The position numbers were made by a program, and so were the translations under genes. Of a stretch of DNA of 64,000 nucleotides, positions 39,655 through 47,687 are shown piece after piece (the first letter of the stretch is position 1; each line of letters begins with the position of its first letter). Under the pieces are notes generated by a model that was given only the letters and a program-made list of their open reading frames with translations, was not told the origin of the DNA and searched no databases. The stretch is from Hyphomicrobiales bacterium. Its GTDB lineage: Bacteria; Pseudomonadota; Alphaproteobacteria; Rhizobiales; JAJFHC01. The stretch spans positions 10,908 through 74,907 of the forward strand of contig CBDHYJ010000078.1 of assembly GCA_965275905.1 (NCBI GenBank). The letters run 5' to 3'.

Positions 39655-40949
39655 CCGATTATCGATCCCATAGTTCGAAATTAGAAAAGTGGGCAGTTCA
39701 CAAATTGCTGAAGTTTTTGTTTGGTTCAGCTCCTGTGGAACTCGATTTTCAAGAAGGTGATATTAAAAAATTAAATCACCCCAACCCAACGATACGGGTG
39801 GCACCCCCACGCCTATGGCGACTGATTCTCATCCTTCGAAATCCCAATTATCACTTCCCGGCTGCTTATGTAGACGGCTTCTGGTATTGCACAAAAGGCG
39901 AATTGAGTGATCTTGTTTTGCAACTCAAAAACCGAAAGCGGAGAAACACCCGCAATTCTGGGTTATCCTTTGGGTTGGGAGAACTCGGAATTCACATCTA
40001 TAGGCACTATTTGCGACCGTCTTCGCTACGGGAAACACGTAAACACTACAATACCGACGTAAGAATGTATCGGGCCGTTCTAGGCGAGAGCCTAATATAC
40101 TCATGTGCCTTTTTTGAATCAGTTTCAGACACGCTTGAGCAGGCTCAGGCGAACAAGGTGTCAACGACCTTACGCCGTCTGGCCGACCAAATCGACGAAG
40201 GCACTCTTACATTGGATATTGGTTGTGGTTGGGGAAGCTTTGTTTTCTCAGCAGCCAAAATAAACGAAGGCAGATATCATGGAATCTCGATCGCCAAGTC
40301 GCAGGTAGACTACGCTGTCAAAACCAGGCGGAAGTTGGATAAGCGCATCGCCGAACGGCTCGAGTTCTTCCACTGTGATTTCTTAGATTTTAGGCCAGAT
40401 GAAAACAATGTTTACGATTACATTGTGAGCATAGGGATGTTAGAGCATGTTGGCAAAACACAATATCCAAAATATTTTGCCGAGATTTATCGACTGCTGA
40501 AACCTGGCGGACGCGCACTAGTTCACTCAATCACAAGACGGCAAACTGGTGTTACAAATGTTTGGATTGATCAACACGTATTTCCTGGTGGATATATTCC
40601 AAGAGCGTCAGAGGTCATGCGTGGAATTGAAGGATCGGGTCTGGAGTTATTTTCCAGTCATGTTCACAACGGGCTCAACTACAAAAAGACTTTGCAATAT
40701 TGGCTCGATAATTTGTCAAGAAACGAAAAACTATGCCTCACGTTATTGAAGAATTCTGTCGTGGGAGCGGCGTCGCTTGGAGGAGGAGGCGATATTTTGG
40801 ACTACCAGTCTCGACGCGGTTATCGAATTTGGAAATTTTATCTATCTTCCATTCAATGCATATTTGACAGAAACGGTGGCGCTTTTGACGTGACGCAGTT
40901 TGTCATGGTCAAACCAAGCCAAGAAACTTTCCTACAGCGAGAACCATAA
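39639..40949 (+). CDS. cyclopropane-fatty-acyl-phospholipid synthase-like SAM-dependent methyltransferase
   Basis: 436 aa. YSCAFFE...LEQAQ, SAM motif I LDIGCGWGSF, IVSIGMLEHVG, LLKPGGRALVHSI, FPGGYIPR, YKKTLQYW: the CMAS/CFA-synthase family pattern. Confidence 0.85.
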   Translation: MNVEGADYRSHSSKLEKWAVHKLLKFLFGSAPVELDFQEGDIKKLNHPNPTIRVAPPRLWRLILILRNPNYHFPAAYVDGFWYCTKGELSDLVLQLKNRKRRNTRNSGLSFGLGELGIHIYRHYLRPSSLRETRKHYNTDVRMYRAVLGESLIYSCAFFESVSDTLEQAQANKVSTTLRRLADQIDEGTLTLDIGCGWGSFVFSAAKINEGRYHGISIAKSQVDYAVKTRRKLDKRIAERLEFFHCDFLDFRPDENNVYDYIVSIGMLEHVGKTQYPKYFAEIYRLLKPGGRALVHSITRRQTGVTNVWIDQHVFPGGYIPRASEVMRGIEGSGLELFSSHVHNGLNYKKTLQYWLDNLSRNEKLCLTLLKNSVVGAASLGGGGDILDYQSRRGYRIWKFYLSSIQCIFDRNGGAFDVTQFVMVKPSQETFLQREP

Positions 40950-41967
40950 CTCCGCCGATAACACTCTGAGTGATCGTTAACATGGAGCTAATAGCAAAAT
41001 AAAGGCACCTATCTGAGCGCGATTTCGCGCTTGCAGCTATTCCGCCAAGAGGCTCGGGTAACATAGCTTCATCCGCATCGTTTGTGCCGAAATAAATGTC
41101 CTGAATTTTCTTCGAGAGTCGAACTAGTAGGAAAATTAGAGAAACCAACAACACAAGAGCCATGCCTACAAAGGTAGGTAGGAATACAGTTCCTGTAATA
41201 AACAACTGGCCTGGGAATGTGACCGGATAAAAAGTCTGTTGTGCTCCAACGACGCTTTCAAGAAACGCATATGGCATCAATGCGGCCTCGATGGACCATG
41301 GATCGAAAGACAATGGCGGCTTCTCCAATGCCATTGGATAAAGAAAATTCGAGACCAACTGGGAGGAGGAAAACAGCAACAATGCTGCAACCAAATCAAA
41401 GGCAACTCTTCCAACCACAGTTGCGTACCGCTGGAGAGAAAATGCTGAACCGATACGAGTAAGATTGATGAATGTTATTGCTAACGAGAGCAAGTCCGTA
41501 ACAACATTCACGACTGCCAAGATCGCAATATTTACAATCTGCGACGGAGCGTCTTTGCTAACGCCAAAGGCAACCAATTTTCCAGCCTCTTGGCTAGCGG
41601 TAATGTCTATTGGTTTCGCAAGGAAAACCAATATCAAACAGTAAAGCATATAGTAAGAAAATAACTGCCAAAAACACTTCAACTTATTCTGTGCAAAATA
41701 GGTCCGACCAATATAATTGGCATTTATGTATTGACCGTCATTGCTCGATATATCGTGTTTTGATGCGCCCGAGAATTTTAGCAGAGATATTTTAATTCTG
41801 GTGATAGCGCCGACCAGAGCATTGGCCATTGGTGATTTCGATTTTTCCCCTTCCAATAAAAATCGAAATATACTGCCCCAGTTCAACACTAGCAGTACAA
41901 ACAAAACCAGCGAAAATGAAGCGATAGCGAGTTCCGGCCCGCCAGCAATCACCCCCTCAACATTCAT
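40909..41967 (-). CDS. hypothetical polytopic membrane protein (352 aa)
   Basis: Roughly 8 hydrophobic helices (for example LAIASFSLVLFVLLVLNW, FSYYMLYCLILVFLA, IVNIAILAVVNVVTDLLSLAITFI, VFLPTFVGMALVLLVSLIFLLV). Shares only MNVEG with the methyltransferase. Its 3' end overlaps that gene by 41 nt. Confidence 0.75.
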   Translation of the reverse strand: MNVEGVIAGGPELAIASFSLVLFVLLVLNWGSIFRFLLEGEKSKSPMANALVGAITRIKISLLKFSGASKHDISSNDGQYINANYIGRTYFAQNKLKCFWQLFSYYMLYCLILVFLAKPIDITASQEAGKLVAFGVSKDAPSQIVNIAILAVVNVVTDLLSLAITFINLTRIGSAFSLQRYATVVGRVAFDLVAALLLFSSSQLVSNFLYPMALEKPPLSFDPWSIEAALMPYAFLESVVGAQQTFYPVTFPGQLFITGTVFLPTFVGMALVLLVSLIFLLVRLSKKIQDIYFGTNDADEAMLPEPLGGIAASAKSRSDRCLYFAISSMLTITQSVIGGVMVLAVGKFLGLV

Positions 41968-41984
41968 GATAATTCCCAGTTATC
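41952..41984 (-). repeat. inverted repeat, right copy (IR-R)
   Basis: ccccctcaacattcatgataattcccagttatc is the exact reverse complement of 39622-39654. Confidence 0.97.
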
Positions 41985-42175
41985 AGAACTCCGTGAGGGG
42001 CTCGTAGTGGAAGGTCCAAAACTCAATGAGAGCTTCGAGTTGCGCCTTCGCTAGCGATGTGACCAGTTCGGACGTGCTGCTTGGCGAGGCTAGCCCGCTG
42101 GTCAATTTGCAACACGTTGGGCACCTGAAGGCGTGAGGACTCTGCTCTAACAGAACTGCCGCGCCGATTTACCGC

Positions 42176-42325
42176 TCACGTCGCCTTGTCGAGCGCCTCC
42201 AGTAACTTGTCCTTCTCGTCCGCGTGCATCGAGATGTTGGTTTCCGCGTAGGGGAAGTTCAGCGCCGTAACCTCGTCGTGAAAGGCTTTCAGGGCCGTCC
42301 CGCCTTCCGGCCGGGACGCCGTCAT
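42176..42325 (-). CDS. hypothetical 49-aa protein translationally coupled to the hydroxylase gene
   Basis: Its ATG overlaps the upstream stop (ATGA at 42322-42325). Product: MTASRPEGGTALKAFHDEVTALNFPYAETNISMHADEKDKLLEALDKAT. In the track it appears only as the tail of shadow ORF 42176..43201. Confidence 0.4.
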   Translation of the reverse strand: MTASRPEGGTALKAFHDEVTALNFPYAETNISMHADEKDKLLEALDKAT

Positions 42326-43314
42326 TTTGCATACATCTTCTGCTTGCGGGCGCGGGTTGCCGCGGTCGCAGCCGCGCTGCCGTCGTGAAACGATCCGAAA
42401 ATTCTGTCCCAGGGCATCTCGGACGTTCCGTAATTGCACTCGAAATAACGGTGGTGGAGCTGATGGAAGAAATCTCCGGCCGCGATGCGTTTCCTGTCCT
42501 TCACCAGCACACTCTCGAATCCTGAATGGGAAAAGGCAGGGTTCAGGCCCTCGAGATAGAGATGAAACAGGATATGCACCGGGTGCGACGGGACGACGAA
42601 GTGGATCAGCACGGATGAGAAGTAGAGTGTGGTTTCGACCGGATGCATCGAGATCCCGGCCCAGGGCCCGATATTGATGTTGCGGTGGTGCAGGGAATGC
42701 GCGAGCCCATAGAGCGGCGGCCAGTGCAGGAGGCGGTGAATCCAGTAGAAATGGAAGCTCGACCAGATCGGGATGATCACCAGCCACGCGACGAACCAGA
42801 CCGGGTTTTCGGCGAAGCCGATCTGCGGTGCGTAGCCGTTCGCGGCGGCCCAGAAATAGAGCACCTCGTAGGCGGTCCAGGCTGTCACGCCGCTCGCGAT
42901 TGTCCAGAACATGTTGTCCCAGACCTGATTGCGGAATGTGTAGGTGCCGTTGTTGCGCATCAGGTCGCGGGCGTCGAACTTCAGCCTCTTGCCCTGTGCC
43001 GAGAAGCTGTAGAACCACAAGTGCAGACCGCCAGCGACCAGGAAAATGAGGATCAGATTGCGGAGCCAGATCTGGAAGACCCAGCCGGGTGCCAGCGACT
43101 GCATGGTGGCCCATGACGGCTGCAGCCACTGATAGATGACGATGGCGAAGACGAGTTCCAGCGTCACGGAGCTGACGGCCAGCCAGTAGCGGGCAATCCA
43201 TTTCAGCCAGGCGAGCGGCCGGGGCGGCCAGCTGAGGATCGGTGACACCGGGATCGGCAAGTCCGGGTGATGGTTCCAGTCGCGGCTCGACGTTTCCGGG
43301 TTGGTGGACATCAT
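42322..43314 (-). CDS. fatty-acid hydroxylase / sterol desaturase superfamily membrane protein
   Basis: His motifs HRLLHWPPLYGLAHSLHH and HQLHHRYFECNYG; several TM helices. Confidence 0.85.
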   Translation of the reverse strand: MMSTNPETSSRDWNHHPDLPIPVSPILSWPPRPLAWLKWIARYWLAVSSVTLELVFAIVIYQWLQPSWATMQSLAPGWVFQIWLRNLILIFLVAGGLHLWFYSFSAQGKRLKFDARDLMRNNGTYTFRNQVWDNMFWTIASGVTAWTAYEVLYFWAAANGYAPQIGFAENPVWFVAWLVIIPIWSSFHFYWIHRLLHWPPLYGLAHSLHHRNINIGPWAGISMHPVETTLYFSSVLIHFVVPSHPVHILFHLYLEGLNPAFSHSGFESVLVKDRKRIAAGDFFHQLHHRYFECNYGTSEMPWDRIFGSFHDGSAAATAATRARKQKMYAK

Positions 43315-43326
43315 GGTCTCCCGTTT

Positions 43327-44799
43327 TCAGGCGAAGGGATCAGGCTGGTGCGGAGCGGTGGCAAGCCAGACCGACTTCGTCTGCATGAAGCAGCGCATGC
43401 CCTCCCAGCCGTTCTCCCGGCCGTAGCCCGACTGCTTGAAACCGCCGACCGGGGACTGCGTGGCGGCGTTGAAATAGTTGTTGATGTAGACGGTGCCGGC
43501 CTCGATGCGATCGGCCATGCGCATGGCGCGCGTCACGTCACGCGACCAGATCCCGGCGGCCAGACCGAAGACCGTGTCGTTGGCGATCCGGATGGCGTCT
43601 TCTTCCGTCTCCCAGGCTTCGGTCGAGACGACCGGGCCGAAGACCTCGTTCTGGGCGAGGTCCGAACCGTTGGGCACGTCGGCGAAGATGGTCGGACCGA
43701 TATAGTAGCCCGCATCGCGACAGGCGGACCGGCCGTCGAACAGCAGCGTGTGACCGGCGGCCTCGGCATCCGCGATCCGCTGCAAGACGCTTTCGTAGTG
43801 CGGGCGGTTGGCGATCGGCCCGATCTGGGTGGCCGGATCGTCCGGATCGCCGACGCGGGCCTTGCTGACCACGCCGGCCAACCGTTCGCTGAATTCGCCG
43901 ATGATGGACCGGTGGACGAGAATCCGCGAGCCCGAGATACAGCTCTGGCCGGCGGCCGGAAAGATGCCCGAAGCCACACCGTTGACGGCGAGCTCGATGT
44001 CGGCGTCCGGCAGAACGATCTGCGGTGACTTGCCGCCGAGTTCCATGATGATCGGCTTGACGTGTTTCGCCGCGAGCGCTGCCGCGGCACGTCCGCCGGC
44101 GGTGCCGCCCGTGAAGCTCACCATGCGCACGTCCGGGTGTTCGATGAGCGGACCTGCTGTCGTCGGGCCGAAGCCGGTGACCACGTTCAGGACTCCGGGT
44201 GGCAGGTCGGCCTCGAGCAGCACGTCCATCAGTTCAAGCGTAGAGCATGAGGCCTGTTCGGACGGCTTCATGATCACGGCGTTGCCCGCCGCGAGGCACG
44301 GCGCCAGCTTCCAGATCAGGGTGCCGATGGGCGAGTTCCAGGGCAGGATCAGACCGGCGACGCCAAAAGGCTCCCACTTGAGATAATTGTGCATGTCGGG
44401 GACTTCGGCCGGGATGAGCCGTCCCTCGAACTTGTCGCACATGCCGGCGTAGTAATGGAAACTGTCGACCTGCCACGCCCCGTCCAGGAGCGACGGCGTG
44501 ATGTTCTTCGGAAGCTTGCCGTTATCGCGGGTCTCCACCGCACCGAGGTGCTCGGCGTGTCTGGAGATCACGTCTCCCATGCGCCGCATCAGGCGACCGC
44601 GTTCGGCCGGCATCATTCGGCCCCAGGGACCGTCATAATAGGCTGCCCTGGCCGCGGCAACGGCGCGGGATACGTCTTCGGCGTTGCAGTCCGGCACCTG
44701 CGCCCAGACTTCGCCGGTGGCCGGGTTCTCGCTGTCGAAATGGCTGCCGGATGCGGGGTCGTGCCACGCGTTGTTCGCGAAATACTGATAGGTCTTCAT
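43327..44799 (-). CDS. NAD(P)-dependent aldehyde dehydrogenase
   Basis: 490 aa. ELGGKSP glutamate motif and catalytic Cys in GQSCISGSR. Confidence 0.92.
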   Translation of the reverse strand: MKTYQYFANNAWHDPASGSHFDSENPATGEVWAQVPDCNAEDVSRAVAAARAAYYDGPWGRMMPAERGRLMRRMGDVISRHAEHLGAVETRDNGKLPKNITPSLLDGAWQVDSFHYYAGMCDKFEGRLIPAEVPDMHNYLKWEPFGVAGLILPWNSPIGTLIWKLAPCLAAGNAVIMKPSEQASCSTLELMDVLLEADLPPGVLNVVTGFGPTTAGPLIEHPDVRMVSFTGGTAGGRAAAALAAKHVKPIIMELGGKSPQIVLPDADIELAVNGVASGIFPAAGQSCISGSRILVHRSIIGEFSERLAGVVSKARVGDPDDPATQIGPIANRPHYESVLQRIADAEAAGHTLLFDGRSACRDAGYYIGPTIFADVPNGSDLAQNEVFGPVVSTEAWETEEDAIRIANDTVFGLAAGIWSRDVTRAMRMADRIEAGTVYINNYFNAATQSPVGGFKQSGYGRENGWEGMRCFMQTKSVWLATAPHQPDPFA

Positions 44800-46508
44800 T
44801 GCAGACTGTCCTCTTCTTCGCGCAGTCCCTCCGCGGCCCGGGCCAGCCTCGGGTCCTCGGCGGGCAGCGGGACCCGACTGCGGATCAGGTCGGCTGCCTT
44901 TTCCGCCAGCATAATCGCCGGTGCGTTCGTGTTGCCGCCGATCTGGTCGGGGAAGGCGGAGGCATCGACGACGCGCAACGCCTCGATCCCCCGGACCTTG
45001 AGATCCTTGTCCAGGACCGCGCCAGGATCATGGTCGCCGCCCATGCGGCAGGTCGAGACCGGATGATGACCGGTTGTGACATGGCTGCGTACGGCTTCGG
45101 CGAGATCCTCATCGCTGGTCGCGGCCTTGCCCGGCAGCATTTCAGCATCGCGGATGCCGTCGAAGGCGGACTGGGCCATGATTTCGCGGGCATGTCTCAG
45201 CCCCGCGACCATGTCCGACATATCTGCGGTGTCGGTAAACCATTGCGGGTCGATCCGGGGTGGCGCGCGCGGGTCGTCAGAGGCAAGCCGCACCGTGCCG
45301 TGGCTTCGCGGCCGGTTGATGTTGATTTCGATCTGAACGCCCGGGACCGCCTTCTTCCCGCGCGTCATGACCAGGTTGCCAATGTTGAAGACGTTCTCGG
45401 CGGTCCACTCGAAAGGCGCCGTATCTTCCTTCACGCACATGGGCGTCATGTAAATCTCGAGCTCAGGATTGTCGGTGTCGCGCAGGCTGTGGAACACGAG
45501 CGACGACCAGAAGGGCGCCGCCCCCGGGCCGCTCCCTGTCAGCAGGTATCGCATGCCCATCACAACCGCCCGGTCTATGCGCTGGTAGCGCGAGAGGCTC
45601 AGGGCCGGGTCCTTCAGCCCGAATTTCACCGGCATCTGCGGATGATCGTAGAGGGTTGCGCCGACACCAGGCAGGTCCTGCGAGACTGCGATGCCGACGT
45701 CTTTCAGATGGCCGGCCGGACCGATGCCGGAAAGCATCAGGGCCTGGGGCGAGCCGAAGGCGCCGAGACTCAGGATCACCTCGCGGTCCGCGCGCAGGTT
45801 GCCCGAACTGAGTTCGAGACCTGTTGCGCGATTGCCTTCAAGCGTCACCCTGCAGACATGGGTGCCGGTGAGGACCGTCAGGTTCTTCGGACAATGCTTC
45901 AGATAGGCTTCCGCCGTTGACTGGCGGCGGCCGTTCCAGACCTTGACGTCGACGCGGCCGACGCCGCGCTGGCTGGGCCCGTTGAAGTTTTCGTTGAGCG
46001 GGTTCCCGGCCTGTTGCGCGGCCTCGACGAAAATCCTGTTCAAACGGTCGTAGTTGCCGGCCGGTGTCAGCTTGAGCGGTCCGTCGCCGGCATGGAATGG
46101 ATCGCCGTTACGGTGCGGTGCACTGCAGGCGCGACGGAAGTAGGGCAGCACGTCCGCATAGGACCAGCCGGCGAGCCCTTTCTGTCGCCAGCGGTCGTAG
46201 TCGGCCGCCGTGCCGCGCATGTAGATCATGCCGTTCATGAGCGACGTGCCGCCGACGCCCTTGCCGCGCGGGTAGTAGATGCGCCGTCCGTTGAGCATTT
46301 CCTGCGGCACCGAGCGAAAGCCCCAATCGAAGCGCGGGTTGCCGAACAGGAAACCGTTGCCTGCGGGCATACGGGTCCAGAGACTGCGGCCCGAGCCGCC
46401 GGCCTCAACCAGGCACACCGTAACGTCCGGGTCCTCGGCGAGCCGGGCGGCGAGCGCGCAGCCGGCGGAGCCCGCACCGGCGATGACGTAGTCGTAGGCC
46501 GCAGTCAC
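44796..46508 (-). CDS. GMC-family FAD oxidoreductase (choline dehydrogenase-like)
   Basis: GTG start, with a GTGA overlap to the upstream stop. N-terminal YDYVIAGAGSAGCALAARLAED. Its stop overlaps the ALDH start (ATGA). Confidence 0.9.
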   Translation of the reverse strand: MTAAYDYVIAGAGSAGCALAARLAEDPDVTVCLVEAGGSGRSLWTRMPAGNGFLFGNPRFDWGFRSVPQEMLNGRRIYYPRGKGVGGTSLMNGMIYMRGTAADYDRWRQKGLAGWSYADVLPYFRRACSAPHRNGDPFHAGDGPLKLTPAGNYDRLNRIFVEAAQQAGNPLNENFNGPSQRGVGRVDVKVWNGRRQSTAEAYLKHCPKNLTVLTGTHVCRVTLEGNRATGLELSSGNLRADREVILSLGAFGSPQALMLSGIGPAGHLKDVGIAVSQDLPGVGATLYDHPQMPVKFGLKDPALSLSRYQRIDRAVVMGMRYLLTGSGPGAAPFWSSLVFHSLRDTDNPELEIYMTPMCVKEDTAPFEWTAENVFNIGNLVMTRGKKAVPGVQIEININRPRSHGTVRLASDDPRAPPRIDPQWFTDTADMSDMVAGLRHAREIMAQSAFDGIRDAEMLPGKAATSDEDLAEAVRSHVTTGHHPVSTCRMGGDHDPGAVLDKDLKVRGIEALRVVDASAFPDQIGGNTNAPAIMLAEKAADLIRSRVPLPAEDPRLARAAEGLREEEDSLQ

Positions 46509-47590
46509 GGGGCCAGCTCCGCGATGACGGCGCGGGTCACGTCGTCCGTCGTCGATGCTCCGCCGATATCGGGCGTGCGTGCGCCGGCTTCAACGGCCCG
46601 TTCGGTCGCGGTTTCAATCGTGCGTGCGATGTCGGCCCGGCCCAGGCTGTGCTCGAACATCATGGCGACGCTGAGGATCATGCCGACCGGGTTGGCCGTG
46701 CCGGTTCCGGCAATGTCGGGGGCCGAACCGTGCACCGGCTCGTAGATGCCGCGCACCGGCGTGCCCGGTGGACCGCACAGGCAGGCCGAGGGCAGCATGC
46801 CGAGGCCGCCGGAGACGATCGCGGCCAGATCCGACAGCAGGTCGCCCAGAAGATTGCAGCCCATGATGGTGTCGAATCCGGTCGGGTCCATGGCGAGCTG
46901 ATAGGCGCAGTTGTCTGCATACATGTGGGTGAGGGGGACGTCTGGGTAGTCGGCGGCGACCTCGGAGACCACCGCGCGCCAGAGCCTGTAGCTTTCCATG
47001 ACGTTGGCCTTGTCGGCGGAGACCAGCGTGCCGTTGCGACGGCGCGCCAACTGGAAACCGGCGGTGGCGAAGCGGCGCAGCTCTTCCTCGCCGTAGCCCG
47101 CCGTGTCGTAGGCGTAGCGCCCCTCGGGCCTTTTCTCCGTGCCGCGCGGTACGGCGAACATGACGCCGCCGCACATCTCGCGCAGGACGAGGATGTCGGC
47201 GCCCTCGGCGCGGCCTTCACCGAACGGCGTGCGGTCCGAGAGCGAAGGCCAGTGGCGCGCGGGCCGCAGCCCCGCGTAGGCGTCCAATTCCTTCCGCAGG
47301 CACATGAGCCCGTCCTGCTTCTCGGGTCCGCCCGGCACCCGGATGCCGTCCCACTGCGGTCCACCGACGGCACCAACCAGGACGGCGTCTGCGGCCTTGG
47401 CCTTGTCGACCGTCTCCTCCCGGCAGAAGGTGCCGTGGCGCTCCCAGGCTTCGCCGTGCAGGAGGTCACGCTCAACCTCGGTACGGACGCCGGCGGCATT
47501 CGCGGCCGCGGCCGTCACGGCCAGCCCGGCCTCCAGCACTTCCGGGCCGATGCCGTCTCCTCCGAGGGCAAGGATGTGGAAATCTGTCAT
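46505..47590 (-). CDS. isocitrate/isopropylmalate dehydrogenase family protein (tartrate/IMDH-like)
   Basis: ORF 46505..47710 trimmed to MTDFHILALGGDGIGPEV. Also contains NLLGDLLSDLAA and EPVHGSAPDIAG. Confidence 0.85.
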   Translation of the reverse strand: MTDFHILALGGDGIGPEVLEAGLAVTAAAANAAGVRTEVERDLLHGEAWERHGTFCREETVDKAKAADAVLVGAVGGPQWDGIRVPGGPEKQDGLMCLRKELDAYAGLRPARHWPSLSDRTPFGEGRAEGADILVLREMCGGVMFAVPRGTEKRPEGRYAYDTAGYGEEELRRFATAGFQLARRRNGTLVSADKANVMESYRLWRAVVSEVAADYPDVPLTHMYADNCAYQLAMDPTGFDTIMGCNLLGDLLSDLAAIVSGGLGMLPSACLCGPPGTPVRGIYEPVHGSAPDIAGTGTANPVGMILSVAMMFEHSLGRADIARTIETATERAVEAGARTPDIGGASTTDDVTRAVIAELAP

Positions 47591-47687
47591 GGGCGCGCCC
47601 ACCCGCACATTATTCAACGGAAAACATAGAACCGCTGAAAACGAACGCGTAGACTGAAAACAGGAATAGCCAACATTCACGAGATGA

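Larger units (their letters stand above)
38480..41984. mobile_element. recombinase-associated AT-rich islet
   Basis: The recombinase gene is followed by about 2.6 kb at roughly 37% G+C (22/60 in 40441-40500), inserted between a desaturase gene and a fatty-acid hydroxylase operon. Confidence 0.55.
39622..41984. other. candidate invertible DNA segment (2,363 bp) bounded by the 33-bp inverted repeats
   Basis: Perfect IRs, an adjacent tyrosine recombinase, and both internal genes starting inside the IRs. Confidence 0.5.

Noticed and set aside
38480-40949. Integron interpretation (intI with a divergently oriented first cassette)
   Set aside because: The recombinase is only 308 aa and Xer-like, with no sign of the IntI-specific insertion. 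I could find no attC-like imperfect palindromes (RYYYAAC...GTTRRRY). The second gene is reversed and overlaps the first, which does not fit cassette structure.
39622-41984. The 33-bp inverted repeats as terminal repeats of an IS/transposon
   Set aside because: No transposase lies inside. The flanking bases (..gtaac | IR ... IR | agaac..) do not form a target-site duplication. The repeats include start codons of both internal genes. This is kept as an alternative in the main finding, but I consider it less likely.
42023-42133. 36-codon plus-strand ORF (MRASSCAFASDVTSSDVLLGEASPLVNLQHVGHLKA)
   Set aside because: It has no RBS and lies antisense to the better-supported minus-strand open frame. 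It is likely spurious.
42176-43201. 341-aa minus-strand ORF
   Set aside because: It is out of frame with the fatty-acid hydroxylase gene, which carries the His boxes. Only its last 49 codons, downstream of the hydroxylase stop, are considered as a possible real mini-gene.
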